Positions 31,453 through 41,634 of a DNA stretch of 64,000 bases are shown one piece after another. The DNA is from Candidatus Tayloriibacteriota bacterium (GTDB lineage: Bacteria > Patescibacteriota > Minisyncoccia > Phycocordibacterales > PALSA-1337): NCBI GenBank assembly GCA_052034805.1, contig JBPOID010000003.1, positions 3,502-67,501 of the forward strand, read 5' to 3'. A program made the position numbers and the translations under genes. The notes under the pieces were generated by a model, which ran no database searches, was not told the origin of the DNA, and was given only the letters and a program-made list of their open reading frames with translations. Each line of letters opens with the position of its first letter. Position 1 is the stretch's first letter.

Positions 31453-32490
31453 TTATTGTTTTCTATTTATTTTATTGAAAATATCTAAAATTTCTTTGGA
31501 GATTTCGGTATATGTATGAGTAAAATTGAAATTCTTTATTTTTTCTACTTGCATATCATAATTATTTTTATCAGAAAGCCATAATACTTTTTCTCTTATA
31601 TCATTTATATCTTTTGGATTAATTGTGATAGCAATATCCTTTATTCTATTCATCAATCCATTTTCTTCTGTAATTATAAAAGGTTTATTATATTTTATTG
31701 AATCAAGAATCATATTTGGACTTATATCTCCGAGAGAAACTAGTATAACAGCATAAGAATTAGAGATTATATTCATAAAATCATCATAATCCAGACTATC
31801 TGTATTTAATATTAAACCTTTTCTTTTTATTTCTTCAGAATCAAAACTTTTTTTCAAAAGATCAATATTTTTCCATTTCAAAACTCTAGTACTTGCTATA
31901 AAATCCTTTTGATTTGGATTAAAGGACTTTTCTTTTTCTCCATATTTATTTTCTATAATAGAAATAGGTACATTTTCCAGAGAATATGGTTTCATCCATA
32001 TATTTTTCTGCCATTCTGTACTGAATATTAGATTATCTACGCGATGAAATGTCCATTTCATCAAATTAAATATTGTTTTATCTTTATTTGACCATTTTTT
32101 ACCATAATTATTATTGGAAATTTCATTTTCTTTGTAGAAATCACGCAAAAGTACTAATTCCCCTGTTCTTTCTACATAATTTTCCCATAGGAAATCACCA
32201 CCGGTTCTCATTATTATTTTTTTACCAAGAATTTTAGCTAATATAGTCGCTGGGATACCTGTACTGAATGTGTCTAAAGCAAATATGAAATCAGATTTTA
32301 TTGCTTTAGGTATTATTTTAAATAAATAGAATAAATGCCTAATAACAGTAGGTAAATTGTTTTCAATATTAAAAGTCTTTATATATACGGTATGTCCTAA
32401 TTTCTCCCATTCTGACTTTATTTGTTCGGCGTATTTAGCGGGACCACCTATAGCTGGAGGATAAATACCTGTAGCAATAAGGATTTTCAT
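31453..32490 (-). CDS. GT-B-fold glycosyltransferase (GT4-like)
   Basis: MKILIATGIYPPAIGGPAKYAEQI N-terminus typical of GT4/GT-B enzymes. Confidence 0.65.
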   Translation of the reverse strand: MKILIATGIYPPAIGGPAKYAEQIKSEWEKLGHTVYIKTFNIENNLPTVIRHLFYLFKIIPKAIKSDFIFALDTFSTGIPATILAKILGKKIIMRTGGDFLWENYVERTGELVLLRDFYKENEISNNNYGKKWSNKDKTIFNLMKWTFHRVDNLIFSTEWQKNIWMKPYSLENVPISIIENKYGEKEKSFNPNQKDFIASTRVLKWKNIDLLKKSFDSEEIKRKGLILNTDSLDYDDFMNIISNSYAVILVSLGDISPNMILDSIKYNKPFIITEENGLMNRIKDIAITINPKDINDIREKVLWLSDKNNYDMQVEKIKNFNFTHTYTEISKEILDIFNKINRKQ

Positions 32491-32514
32491 GGGAATATTC
32501 TAACATAAATTAAG

Positions 32515-32542
32515 AAAAATAGCCTGTATTCAGGCTATTTTA
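32515..32542 (-). terminator. Rho-independent terminator downstream of groEL
   Basis: AAATAGCCTG-tatt-CAGGCTATTT 10-bp perfect stem. On the minus strand it is followed by TTTTTCTTAATTT, 26 nt after the groEL stop. Confidence 0.7.
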
Positions 32543-32567
32543 TAATATTATATTATTATGATTAATC

Positions 32568-34211
32568 TTAGTATTCCATTCCCCCCATACCTGTATTATT
32601 TGAAACTGGTTTTTCTTCTTTTGGCTCCTCTGCTATTGCAACTTCTGTTGTAAGCAATATAGCCGCCGCGGAACATGCATTCTGCACACCTAATCTAGTA
32701 ACCTTTACAGGATCTACGATGCCGGCGATTATCATATCGGCTATCATTTCATCTTTTAATGCATCATAACCCATATTTCCCTTTCCATTTTTTATTTTTT
32801 CTATTATTACAGATCCATCATCCTTGCCAGCATTTATTGCTATTTGACGAAGTGGTGACTCTAGAGCCTTTAGTACTATTTTATACCCTAATTCAAATTC
32901 TTTCGTGAAATTCTTCTTAAGAGATAGTGTTTTTTCTACTTCTAATATTGTTTTTATAAGTGCTACGCCACCACCCGCGACAATTCCTTCTTCTATTGCG
33001 GCTTTTGTAGCATTTACAGCATCTTCTATCTTTAATTTCAAATATTTCATTTCAGTTTCTGTAGCTGCTCCTACCTTTATCACAGCTACGCCACCAGAAA
33101 GCTTTGCAATTCTTTCGTCTAATTTCTCTTTATCAAATTTTGAATCATTATTGTCTTTTTGTTTCTTTATTTGAGCAATTCTTGATTCTATATCTGATTT
33201 TTTACCCTTTCCTCCAACAATTATTGTATTATCTTTCTTTGAAATAACCTTTCTTGCGCGACCTAGCATTGTAATATCTGTATTCTCTAACTTTATTCCT
33301 ATATCTTCAGATATAACCTTTGCACCTATTGTTATAGCTATATCTTCTAATATTTCCTTTTTCCTATCGCCATATCCAGGTGCCTTTATGGCAAGAACGT
33401 TAAAGCCACCACGTAGTTTATTTACTATGAAAGTAGCCAAAGCTTCTCCATCAACATCTTCTGCAATTATAACTAATTCCTTTTTGCCTTGATGTGCAAG
33501 CTTTTCTAATAAAGGTAAAACTTCTTTTATTGATGAAATCTTCTTATCTGTAATGAGAATTGGAGTATCTTCGTATTCTGCTTCCATTCGATCTGCATTT
33601 GTAATCATATATGGAGATATATAACCCTTATCGAATTCCATACCCTCTACAACTTCGGAATCCAATCCGATTGTTTGTGATTCCTCTACAGTAACAACAC
33701 CATCTTTTCCAACTTTTCTTATAGTATCAGCTATAATAGTTCCTAATTCTACTGATTCTGCAGAAATAGTAGCCACCTGTCTTATTTCTTCATCTGTTTT
33801 TATAGGTTTTGCGAGTTTCTTCAATGCTTCTACAACATCTTTTGAGGCTGTATCTATACCGAACTTAACACCCATAGGATTTACACCCATAGTAGTTTGT
33901 TTTAATCCTTCTGTAACTATCGCTTGAGTGAGTATTACAGATGTAGTAGTTCCATCTCCAGCTAAATCATTTGTTTTTGTGGCAACTTCCTTTATGATCT
34001 CTGCACCCATATTTTCTATCTTATCTGCAAGAGTTATCTCTTTTGCTATAGAAACACCATCGTTGGTAATGGTTGGATTTCCATATCCTTTGTCTAAAAC
34101 AACATTTCTACCGCGAGGTCCTACTGTTATCTTTACAGCATTTGCCACAGCATCTATACCTTTCTTTAGAGACTTTCTAGCCTCTTCATTATATAAGATT
34201 CTCTTTGCCAT
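32568..34211 (-). CDS. groEL: Chaperonin GroEL (Cpn60)
   Basis: MAKRILYNEEARKSLKKGIDAVANAVKITVGPRGRNVVL..., AGDGTTT, C-terminal GMGGMEY. Confidence 0.97.
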   Translation of the reverse strand: MAKRILYNEEARKSLKKGIDAVANAVKITVGPRGRNVVLDKGYGNPTITNDGVSIAKEITLADKIENMGAEIIKEVATKTNDLAGDGTTTSVILTQAIVTEGLKQTTMGVNPMGVKFGIDTASKDVVEALKKLAKPIKTDEEIRQVATISAESVELGTIIADTIRKVGKDGVVTVEESQTIGLDSEVVEGMEFDKGYISPYMITNADRMEAEYEDTPILITDKKISSIKEVLPLLEKLAHQGKKELVIIAEDVDGEALATFIVNKLRGGFNVLAIKAPGYGDRKKEILEDIAITIGAKVISEDIGIKLENTDITMLGRARKVISKKDNTIIVGGKGKKSDIESRIAQIKKQKDNNDSKFDKEKLDERIAKLSGGVAVIKVGAATETEMKYLKLKIEDAVNATKAAIEEGIVAGGGVALIKTILEVEKTLSLKKNFTKEFELGYKIVLKALESPLRQIAINAGKDDGSVIIEKIKNGKGNMGYDALKDEMIADMIIAGIVDPVKVTRLGVQNACSAAAILLTTEVAIAEEPKEEKPVSNNTGMGGMEY

Positions 34212-34216
34212 ATATT

Positions 34217-34531
34217 TTATTTTATTATAGCTAATAATTCACTCTCTTTTACTAGATAAAATTCTTCATTGTCTATCTTTATTTTATCTCCCCATTGGAA
34301 TAACACGGTATCACCTATTTTTACAGAAATAGGGATTAATTTGCCATCTTCATAATGTCCATTACCTATGGCAACTATTTCACCCTTTTTACTACCCTTA
34401 TCTTCATCTACAGTTATGGGGATAATAATTCCTGATGCGGTTTTACGTTCTTTATTTTCTATTTCTTCTTTTATGAGCACTCTGTCCTGCAATGGTCTAA
34501 TTCTTTTTGAAATATCAATATTTTTTGACAT
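34217..34531 (-). CDS. groES: Co-chaperonin GroES (Cpn10)
   Basis: 104 aa, IRPLQDRVLIK...GEIVAIGNG...; 5 nt upstream of groEL. Confidence 0.95.
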   Translation of the reverse strand: MSKNIDISKRIRPLQDRVLIKEEIENKERKTASGIIIPITVDEDKGSKKGEIVAIGNGHYEDGKLIPISVKIGDTVLFQWGDKIKIDNEEFYLVKESELLAIIK

Positions 34532-34698
34532 ATTTTTGTATTATATATTAGTGCTAATAATAATTTCACTTAATTTGATAATAACCCCATCTAATTTGGT
34601 ATTAATTTGTATTATATACTAAAAAGATAAAATTTTTACAACTTCTCTTTATATTCAATATATTATCTATTATTTATTTTATATTTTCTGCTATATTC

Positions 34699-34971
34699 TT
34701 GCATTTCCTAATAGATATGATATATTGGCTTCTAATGAAAGCTATTCAATCTATACTTCCGTATATACAGCTTTTCCTAGCGGTAATCCTAGTGGGAGCA
34801 ATACTATTACAGAGAACTGGAGCGCAGATTGGTGGCGCCTTTGGAGGAAGTGACAATTTCAGCTCGGCATATCATACTCGTCGTGGTTTCGAAAGAACAC
34901 TTTTCATTGTAACTATTGTTATATCTATTATATTTGCCCTTTCTGCATTGCTAAATCTGGTAGTTGTATAA
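34699..34971 (+). CDS. secG: Preprotein translocase subunit SecG (true start may be an internal Met)
   Basis: LFLAVILVGAILLQRTGAQIGGAFGG...FERTLFIVTIVISIIFALSAL is the two-TM SecG pattern with a Gly-rich loop. Confidence 0.7.
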   Translation: MHFLIDMIYWLLMKAIQSILPYIQLFLAVILVGAILLQRTGAQIGGAFGGSDNFSSAYHTRRGFERTLFIVTIVISIIFALSALLNLVVV

Positions 34972-35058
34972 TTAAATCTTGATTAAATAAAATAGAATTT
35001 ATTAAATAATTATTATAGTAATCTAGCTTATATTGCTTAAATTTCTGTATATACTATC

Positions 35059-36789
35059 GTGAATGATTCAAAAAAAGAATTCCATATAAAAGGAGGAGAG
35101 AAAATTCAAAATATAATAAAGAATTTTTCATCTACTGAGAAATTCGTATTTGCCATATTTACCATAATTGCATTGATAAGCTCTATGGTTATGGCCTTAT
35201 CTATAAACAATATGTTCCTAGTGCCAATACCGAATCATGGAGGAAAAATGGCAGAAGGCGTAGTAGGTTTGCCTAGATATATAAATCCTGTACTAGCCAT
35301 AACAGATGTAGATAAAGATCTGTCCAATCTTATATATTCTGGTTTAATGAAATATGATAAAGATGGAAGATTAGTAACTGATATGGCAGAAAAGTACAAT
35401 GTATCAGATGATGGTTTGATATATTCATTTACTCTAAAGAGTGATTTACGTTTTCATGATGGAATACCCGTAACTACAGATGATGTAGAATTTACTATAC
35501 AAAAAATAGAAGATGCAATAATAAAAAGTCCAAAAAGAGCTGATTGGGCAAATATAGGTATAAAGAAAATAAATTCAAGAGAAATTCAATTTATATTAAA
35601 GCAACCATATACACCTTTCCTTTCAAATACTACAGTTGGAATATTACCTAAACATATATGGAGCAAGGTTTCTCCAGAACAATTCATATTCAGTCAATAC
35701 AATCTAGAACCAATAGGTACAGGACCATATAGACTTGGAAATATAAAAAGAGATAAAGGAGGAATACCAGAATATTATGGGCTTTATTCATTCAGTCGTT
35801 ATGATGGTGGAGAAGCTTATATAAATGAATTTGATATGTATTTCTATCCAAATGAAAAATTAGCTACAGATGCATATAAATCAGATACCATACAAGCAAT
35901 AGCGAGAATATCACCCACAGAAGCAAGCAGTATAGCAACTACTTCTTCTAATATACATATATTACATTATCCTTTGCCTAGAATATTTGGAATATTTTTT
36001 AATCAAAATCAAGCACCCATTTTTACAAATGATTCAGTAAGAAAAGCTTTGAATATTTCTGCACCTAAAGACAAAATAATAGATGATGTATTACATGGAT
36101 ACGCTATACGTAGTGATAGTCCTTTACCCATAGACAATATTCCAAAATTAGAGAAAGAAAATCAGGAACAGAATATATCAACTGCAAAAGATATTTTAAC
36201 CAAAGATGGCTTTTCTCTTGGAAGTGATGGGGTTATGGAGAAAAAAGATAAAAAAGGCACTATCAGATTAGAATTCTCTATAGCTACAGTTGATTCTCCA
36301 GATCTAAAACAAGTAGCAGAAATAATAAGAAATGAATGGATAAAAATAGGTGTAAAAGTAAATATAAAAGTATTTGAATATGGTGATCTATACCAGAATA
36401 TTATAAGTATGAGAAAATATGATGCTTTGCTATTCGGAGAAACTATAGGAAAAGATGTTGATCTATATGCATTCTGGCATTCATCACAGAGAAATGCCCC
36501 AGGATTGAATATTGCTATGTACGTTAATAGTAAAGTAGATAAATTATTAGAAGATGCTAGAGAAAGTCTAGATGAGAAAATAAAAGCAGATAAATATTCA
36601 CAATTCGAAACGATTATAAAGAATGAAACACCAGCAATATTCCTATATTCCCCAGAGTTTATATATATAGTTTCTGATAAAGTAAAAGGATTAAATATAA
36701 ATGAATTAAATAGCCCTTCAGATAGATTTTATGGAATAAACAAATGGTATACAGAAACAGAAGATGTATGGAAAATATTTGTAAAATAA
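35059..36789 (+). CDS. ABC transporter peptide/oligopeptide substrate-binding protein (SBP family 5), membrane-anchored
   Basis: N-terminal TM helix, then YINPVLAITDVDKDLSNLIYSGLMKYDKDG...DDVEFTIQ typical of OppA/DppA-type binding proteins. Confidence 0.75.
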   Translation: MNDSKKEFHIKGGEKIQNIIKNFSSTEKFVFAIFTIIALISSMVMALSINNMFLVPIPNHGGKMAEGVVGLPRYINPVLAITDVDKDLSNLIYSGLMKYDKDGRLVTDMAEKYNVSDDGLIYSFTLKSDLRFHDGIPVTTDDVEFTIQKIEDAIIKSPKRADWANIGIKKINSREIQFILKQPYTPFLSNTTVGILPKHIWSKVSPEQFIFSQYNLEPIGTGPYRLGNIKRDKGGIPEYYGLYSFSRYDGGEAYINEFDMYFYPNEKLATDAYKSDTIQAIARISPTEASSIATTSSNIHILHYPLPRIFGIFFNQNQAPIFTNDSVRKALNISAPKDKIIDDVLHGYAIRSDSPLPIDNIPKLEKENQEQNISTAKDILTKDGFSLGSDGVMEKKDKKGTIRLEFSIATVDSPDLKQVAEIIRNEWIKIGVKVNIKVFEYGDLYQNIISMRKYDALLFGETIGKDVDLYAFWHSSQRNAPGLNIAMYVNSKVDKLLEDARESLDEKIKADKYSQFETIIKNETPAIFLYSPEFIYIVSDKVKGLNINELNSPSDRFYGINKWYTETEDVWKIFVK

Positions 36790-36820
36790 AAATATAAAAA
36801 TAAAATAATAAATTAAAAAA

Positions 36821-38665
36821 ATGACAATAATCAAACCAATTCACAAAAAAGAACCAGCAACGCATAGTTCTCATAGCTCTCATGATAAACCTTATAGACC
36901 ATCTAAAAGATTTTCTACAAGACAAACTTCTGCAAAACCAATGACTCAGATTCACAAGAAAGTTGAGGATAGTATACCTCCTTTCGAAAGTGATTCTGTA
37001 CGTATAATACCTCTAGGAGGAGTAGAAGAAATAGGAAAAAACATGACAGCCATAGAATATGGTGATGATATTATTGTTATAGATATAGGTTTCCAATTCA
37101 AAGATGAAAATACTCCAGGTATAGATTATATATTACCGAATACAAAATACCTCGAAGAAAGAAAAGATAAAGTAAAAGCTGTTATAATCACCCACGGTCA
37201 CTTGGACCATATAGGTGGAATACCTTATGTTATGCCAAGAATAGGAAATCCTCCAATTTATACAAGAATGCTTACATCAGTGATGGTGAAGAAGCGTCAA
37301 GAAGAATTCCCACATCTAGAAGCTCTAGATATAAAGGTAGTCGAAAAAAATGAAACCATAACGATAGGAAAATTAAAGATAAATTTCTTTGCGGTAACAC
37401 ATACAATACCAGATGCTATGGGAGTTATAATCGATACTCCTTATGGTTCTATAGTTCATACAGGAGATCTTAAACTTGATCATATAGATGGAATACCGAC
37501 AGAAGATGAAGAAGCAGAATACGATAGAGTATTTAAAAATAGAAAAGTACTTTTGCTTATGGCTGATTCTACAAATGTAGAAAATCCAGGATTCTCTATT
37601 CCAGAAAAAACAGTTCATAAAAACATAGAAGATATAATAAAAAATACAAAAGGCAGATTAATAATAGCTACTTTCGCATCTTTACTTGAAAGAATGTTGA
37701 AAATAATAGAATTCGCAGAAAAATATGGCAAAAAAGTAGTTGTGGAAGGACGTAGTATGAAAACAAATATAGAAATTTGTAGAAATCTTGGCATACTTAA
37801 ACCTAAAAAAGATACATTGATAACAGTAGAAGCTATGGGTCAATTCCCTCCAGAAAGAATTATAATACTTGCTACAGGAGCTCAAGGAGATGAATTCGCA
37901 GCGATGATGCGTATGTCGAATAAAACTCATAAATACGTAAAGATTACCAAACGCGATACTGTATTGTTATCATCATCTATAGTTCCAGGAAATGAAAGAG
38001 CTGTACAGAAATTAAAAGATAATCTTTCTAGACAAGGTGCTCATATAATACATTATAGAATTGCAGATGTTCACTCTTCAGGACATGCCAATCGTGATGA
38101 AACTGCATGGATACATAAAAAGATACATCCAAAATTCTTTATACCTGTTCATGGATATCATTATATGCTTCGTGTTCATGGAGATATAGCGAGAGAAGCC
38201 AATAATTTGCCTGAAGATAATATAGTAATACCAGATAATGGTTCTATTATAGAAATAAAGAGTAGTGGAGAAAAAATAGTTAAATTAAAAGAAAAAGCAC
38301 CTTCAGGAATAGTGATGGTTGATGGATTCTCTATAGGAGATATACAAGACGTTGTTATTCGTGATAGACAAATGCTTGCTCAAGATGGAATATTTATTGT
38401 TTTCGCTATTATAAATGCTCAAACAGGAAAATTAAAAAAGAGTCCAGATATAATATCTCGTGGTTTCGTATATCTAAGAGAATCTCAGGATCTATTGCAT
38501 CATGCTCGTATGATAATAAAGAATACAGTAGAAGAATCTACAAAAGGCATGAATCCTATAAATGTAGAATTTGTAAAAGCGAATATCTCCGACAATGTAA
38601 GTAAATTCTTATTACAAAAAACAGCAAAAAGACCTATTGTTATACCAGTACTATTGACGATATAA
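36821..38665 (+). CDS. rnj: Ribonuclease J (metallo-beta-lactamase/beta-CASP) with ~55-aa basic N-terminal extension
   Basis: VRIIPLGGVEEIGKNMTAIEY, HGHLDHIGG metal-binding motif, beta-CASP motifs, C-terminal domain. Confidence 0.88.
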   Translation: MTIIKPIHKKEPATHSSHSSHDKPYRPSKRFSTRQTSAKPMTQIHKKVEDSIPPFESDSVRIIPLGGVEEIGKNMTAIEYGDDIIVIDIGFQFKDENTPGIDYILPNTKYLEERKDKVKAVIITHGHLDHIGGIPYVMPRIGNPPIYTRMLTSVMVKKRQEEFPHLEALDIKVVEKNETITIGKLKINFFAVTHTIPDAMGVIIDTPYGSIVHTGDLKLDHIDGIPTEDEEAEYDRVFKNRKVLLLMADSTNVENPGFSIPEKTVHKNIEDIIKNTKGRLIIATFASLLERMLKIIEFAEKYGKKVVVEGRSMKTNIEICRNLGILKPKKDTLITVEAMGQFPPERIIILATGAQGDEFAAMMRMSNKTHKYVKITKRDTVLLSSSIVPGNERAVQKLKDNLSRQGAHIIHYRIADVHSSGHANRDETAWIHKKIHPKFFIPVHGYHYMLRVHGDIAREANNLPEDNIVIPDNGSIIEIKSSGEKIVKLKEKAPSGIVMVDGFSIGDIQDVVIRDRQMLAQDGIFIVFAIINAQTGKLKKSPDIISRGFVYLRESQDLLHHARMIIKNTVEESTKGMNPINVEFVKANISDNVSKFLLQKTAKRPIVIPVLLTI

Positions 38666-38672
38666 TATATAG

Positions 38673-39851
38673 ATGCGACATCGCATAACTTCTCTCAAAA
38701 GTAATACTATTTATACTATTGCTATAGTTGGATTTATATCTACTATACATTTAGTTTTACCTACATATTCTAATTCTAGTTTCCTATCGACTTTTATACC
38801 AGAAGATATGGTTGGTATTATCTATATGATAAGTTCAGCCATAACTATACTTAGTTTTCTAATAATACCTAGTATATTAAAGAAAGTTGGGAATTATATA
38901 ACAGCATTATGGTTAATAGTATTACAAATAATATTATTTTACGGTTTAGTAACAACAAAAGATCCTATATTATTGACCTTATTCTTTTCATTACAGACTG
39001 CAATAATCGCACTCATAGGATATTGTATAGATATATTTTTGGAAGTTTATTCTGATGCTGAACACGCTGGAGTAACTAGAGGTATGTATCTTACAACTAT
39101 AAACAGTGCATGGCTCATAGCACCACTTATAGGTAGTATGATAATAGGTGGTAATAATAATTATCATAATGTATATATAGCATCATTGTTAATGCTATTT
39201 CCTTTATTCTATTTGGTATACAAAAATTTCAAAAACTTCAAAGATCCTCATTATGGACATCTATCATTATGGAAGAATATCGTGCATATGAAGAAGAATA
39301 GTGATTATGTAAAATTATTTACAGCAAATACAATACTTCAGATCTTTTATTCATGGATGGTTGTATATAGTATAGTTTATTTAAATAAAGTTATAGGTTT
39401 TGATTGGGCAAGTATAGGTATTATACTCACCGTTATGCTCATACCATTCCCTATTATAGAATGGCCATTAGGTAAATTAGCCGATATGAAGTATGGAGAG
39501 AAAGAAATGATGACGATGAGTTTCGCGCTTCTAGGACTATCTACAATGGCTTTAGCCACAATAACGTCTAATAATCTATTCTTATGGTCATTAGCATTGT
39601 TTATAACTCGTATAGGAGCTGCTGGAGCAGAGATTATGATAGAGACTTATTTCTTCAAAACTGTTAAACCCGAAGATTCTGGATTGCTTGGATTCTTCCG
39701 TATTACTCGTTCTCTTTCATATTTTATAGCTCCATTAGTGACTGGAATAAGTTTAATCTTTTCTAAAGATCAATCATTTATTTTTATAATACTTGGTATT
39801 ATATGTCTTCTAGCTATGATACCTAGTTGGACAATAAGAGATACGAAATAA
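38673..39851 (+). CDS. MFS-type transporter
   Basis: 392 aa, ~12 predicted TM helices, two 6-TM halves. Confidence 0.6.
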   Translation: MRHRITSLKSNTIYTIAIVGFISTIHLVLPTYSNSSFLSTFIPEDMVGIIYMISSAITILSFLIIPSILKKVGNYITALWLIVLQIILFYGLVTTKDPILLTLFFSLQTAIIALIGYCIDIFLEVYSDAEHAGVTRGMYLTTINSAWLIAPLIGSMIIGGNNNYHNVYIASLLMLFPLFYLVYKNFKNFKDPHYGHLSLWKNIVHMKKNSDYVKLFTANTILQIFYSWMVVYSIVYLNKVIGFDWASIGIILTVMLIPFPIIEWPLGKLADMKYGEKEMMTMSFALLGLSTMALATITSNNLFLWSLALFITRIGAAGAEIMIETYFFKTVKPEDSGLLGFFRITRSLSYFIAPLVTGISLIFSKDQSFIFIILGIICLLAMIPSWTIRDTK

Positions 39852-39878
39852 TCATAATAATATTGAGATAATAGAAAA

Positions 39879-39900
39879 GGGGGTGACATAAATCACCCCC
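39879..39900. terminator. Bidirectional GC-rich hairpin terminator
   Basis: GGGGGTGA-cataaa-TCACCCCC 8-bp perfect stem in an AT-rich context. On the minus strand it is followed by TTTTCTATT. Lies between the convergent MFS gene (+) and the 39907..40254 ORF (-). Confidence 0.7.
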
Positions 39901-39906
39901 CTTAAA

Positions 39907-40254
39907 TCAATCCCACCCTTTGTTTTTTGCCTTCTCTTTTTTCTCCTTGTATTCGATGAACCTACACCGAATATTGTCAACAAGAAGTATTGCCCATATT
40001 CCAGGACCTACCGCAATGTACAGAATGATTGGAAAATCTAAAGTCTTTTCTCCAAACACCTTCCACCCACAATCCGTACCGCTTAAAAAGACAAAAGCGA
40101 TTCCGAAGATTGTCCAAACGATCAACACCATACAGATGTTGGTAACGTTAATATCAATGCCGATACCCATATTGGTCTCCTTCTCTTTTTGTTGTTGTTT
40201 TGTTGCTACTACTATATCCTTATATAGCTTACTATATATATGAAATAATGTCAA
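39907..40254 (-). CDS. Small hypothetical membrane protein
   Basis: 115-aa ORF with 2 hydrophobic helices. Its stop is 7 nt from the hairpin terminator. An overlapping + strand ORF (39920..40243) is considered less likely. Confidence 0.4.
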   Translation of the reverse strand: MTLFHIYSKLYKDIVVATKQQQKEKETNMGIGIDINVTNICMVLIVWTIFGIAFVFLSGTDCGWKVFGEKTLDFPIILYIAVGPGIWAILLVDNIRCRFIEYKEKKEKAKNKGWD

Positions 40255-40270
40255 TAGGTGTTGTATTTGC

Positions 40271-41560
40271 CTATTTTAAAGCATTATTTTCTATAATCTC
40301 TTTCTTTAAGAAGATCGAACCTATATACCTTATAAGCAATATTCCACTTGTAGATAGAAATATCCCTATAGCCCATCCAGCTATAACATCTGATGCCCAA
40401 TGAACATTGAGTATTATTCTACTTAACCCTATTAGGAATGAACATAAAAAACATAAAACTATTAATGATTCTCTTGTAATCCAATTCTTTATTTTGGGAG
40501 CTAATATATAGGCTAAAGATAAAAAGAAAGCGGCAGAGATTGCGGCGTGACCGCTAGGGAAACTTGGATCTGTTAATATTTGAAAAGCATTATTTGGTCT
40601 AGAACGTAAAAATAAGTCTTTAAGCAAAACAACAGATCCAGCTGTGGATATTACAGAAAAAAGCATTATAGCTCCCCTTCTCCATTTATGTTTATACATA
40701 AAATAAAGACCTATAACAGTGCCTATAGATATAATCGGTATTGTACCCCCGATTGTACTAATAAAATGAAATATTTTTATTGATAATTGATTCGCATACT
40801 CTACAGATAATAGATTTGCCCATATATCAAAATTCTTCATAAAAGAACTTATAGATAAACCGTCTTGTATAGTCTTTGCCAATACCCATACAGAAAGTAG
40901 ATTAAGTATTAATACAAAAATTTCATATTTTTTGAATATATGGAAACGTAAATTTACAAAACGATAACCCCATAATATAAGTATTGAAGCTATAAAAGCC
41001 ACCAAGAAAAATTCTCCGAGATATTTCGCACCTATATTATAACTAGCACCAAAGACATATCCAACCATAACAGAAAGATATACCCATAGTGAACCACCTA
41101 AAATATTATAAAACCAGAATGTTTTTGGATGTATGCCATTTGCACCTACCATATAAGGTATAAGTGGACGAGTAACCGGACTAAATTTACCTATTATAAT
41201 AGCCTTGCCTGTATGATTATCTATAATATTTTTTGCTTTATCTATATGATGTTCTTTCAGGAAAACATATTTAGTCAATCTTTGCAAAAATGGATAACCT
41301 TTTTTCTTACCAAAAAGATATCCTATTATATCTGCAATAGCCGAAGCGGTAATACATATAATTAAAACTATAAAAAGATTAAGTATTCCAAATTTTGCTA
41401 AAAATCCACTACAAATTATAGCGATATGACCAGGTATAAATGATCCTAATATAGGTAAACCTTCAAAAAAGACAATAATGAATAAAAGCCAATATCCTCC
41501 AGTAGCTATCAGTTCAGGAAAATTCTGTATAATATGCGAAAAATATGTAGTTAAATGCAT
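40271..41560 (-). CDS. DedA-family membrane domain fused to PAP2-family phosphatase (undecaprenyl-diphosphate phosphatase-like)
   Basis: N-terminal half GYWLLFIIVFFEGLPILGSFIPG (DedA/SNARE-associated). C-terminal half PSGHAAISAAFF and SRIILNVHWASDV (PAP2 motifs PSGH and SRxxxxxHxxxD). Confidence 0.8.
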   Translation of the reverse strand: MHLTTYFSHIIQNFPELIATGGYWLLFIIVFFEGLPILGSFIPGHIAIICSGFLAKFGILNLFIVLIICITASAIADIIGYLFGKKKGYPFLQRLTKYVFLKEHHIDKAKNIIDNHTGKAIIIGKFSPVTRPLIPYMVGANGIHPKTFWFYNILGGSLWVYLSVMVGYVFGASYNIGAKYLGEFFLVAFIASILILWGYRFVNLRFHIFKKYEIFVLILNLLSVWVLAKTIQDGLSISSFMKNFDIWANLLSVEYANQLSIKIFHFISTIGGTIPIISIGTVIGLYFMYKHKWRRGAIMLFSVISTAGSVVLLKDLFLRSRPNNAFQILTDPSFPSGHAAISAAFFLSLAYILAPKIKNWITRESLIVLCFLCSFLIGLSRIILNVHWASDVIAGWAIGIFLSTSGILLIRYIGSIFLKKEIIENNALK

Positions 41561-41634
41561 ATAGATTATAATTATAACACATAGATAGGATCTCTTATAT
41601 TGAATTAATTACATTATTACTATACAATTCGGCC

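Noticed and set aside
32905-34230. Plus-strand ORFs 32905..33174 and 33928..34230 opposite groEL
   Set aside because: Antisense to groEL, the most confidently identified gene in the window.
34532-34698. Possible CIRCE (HrcA) operator upstream of groES: TTAGCACTAA half-site about 25 nt before the start
   Set aside because: Only one 8/9 half-site is present. No matching GAGTGCTAA partner occurs at the 9-nt spacing, so a functional CIRCE inverted repeat is not supported. A TATAAT-like -10 box close to the ATG is visible but not sufficient to call.
39920-40243. Plus-strand 107-aa ORF overlapping the 39907..40254 minus ORF
   Set aside because: Either could be coding. The minus-strand frame is favoured because its stop sits 7 nt from the hairpin terminator with a T-run on that strand. 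Neither has a recognisable family, so only one is reported, at low confidence.
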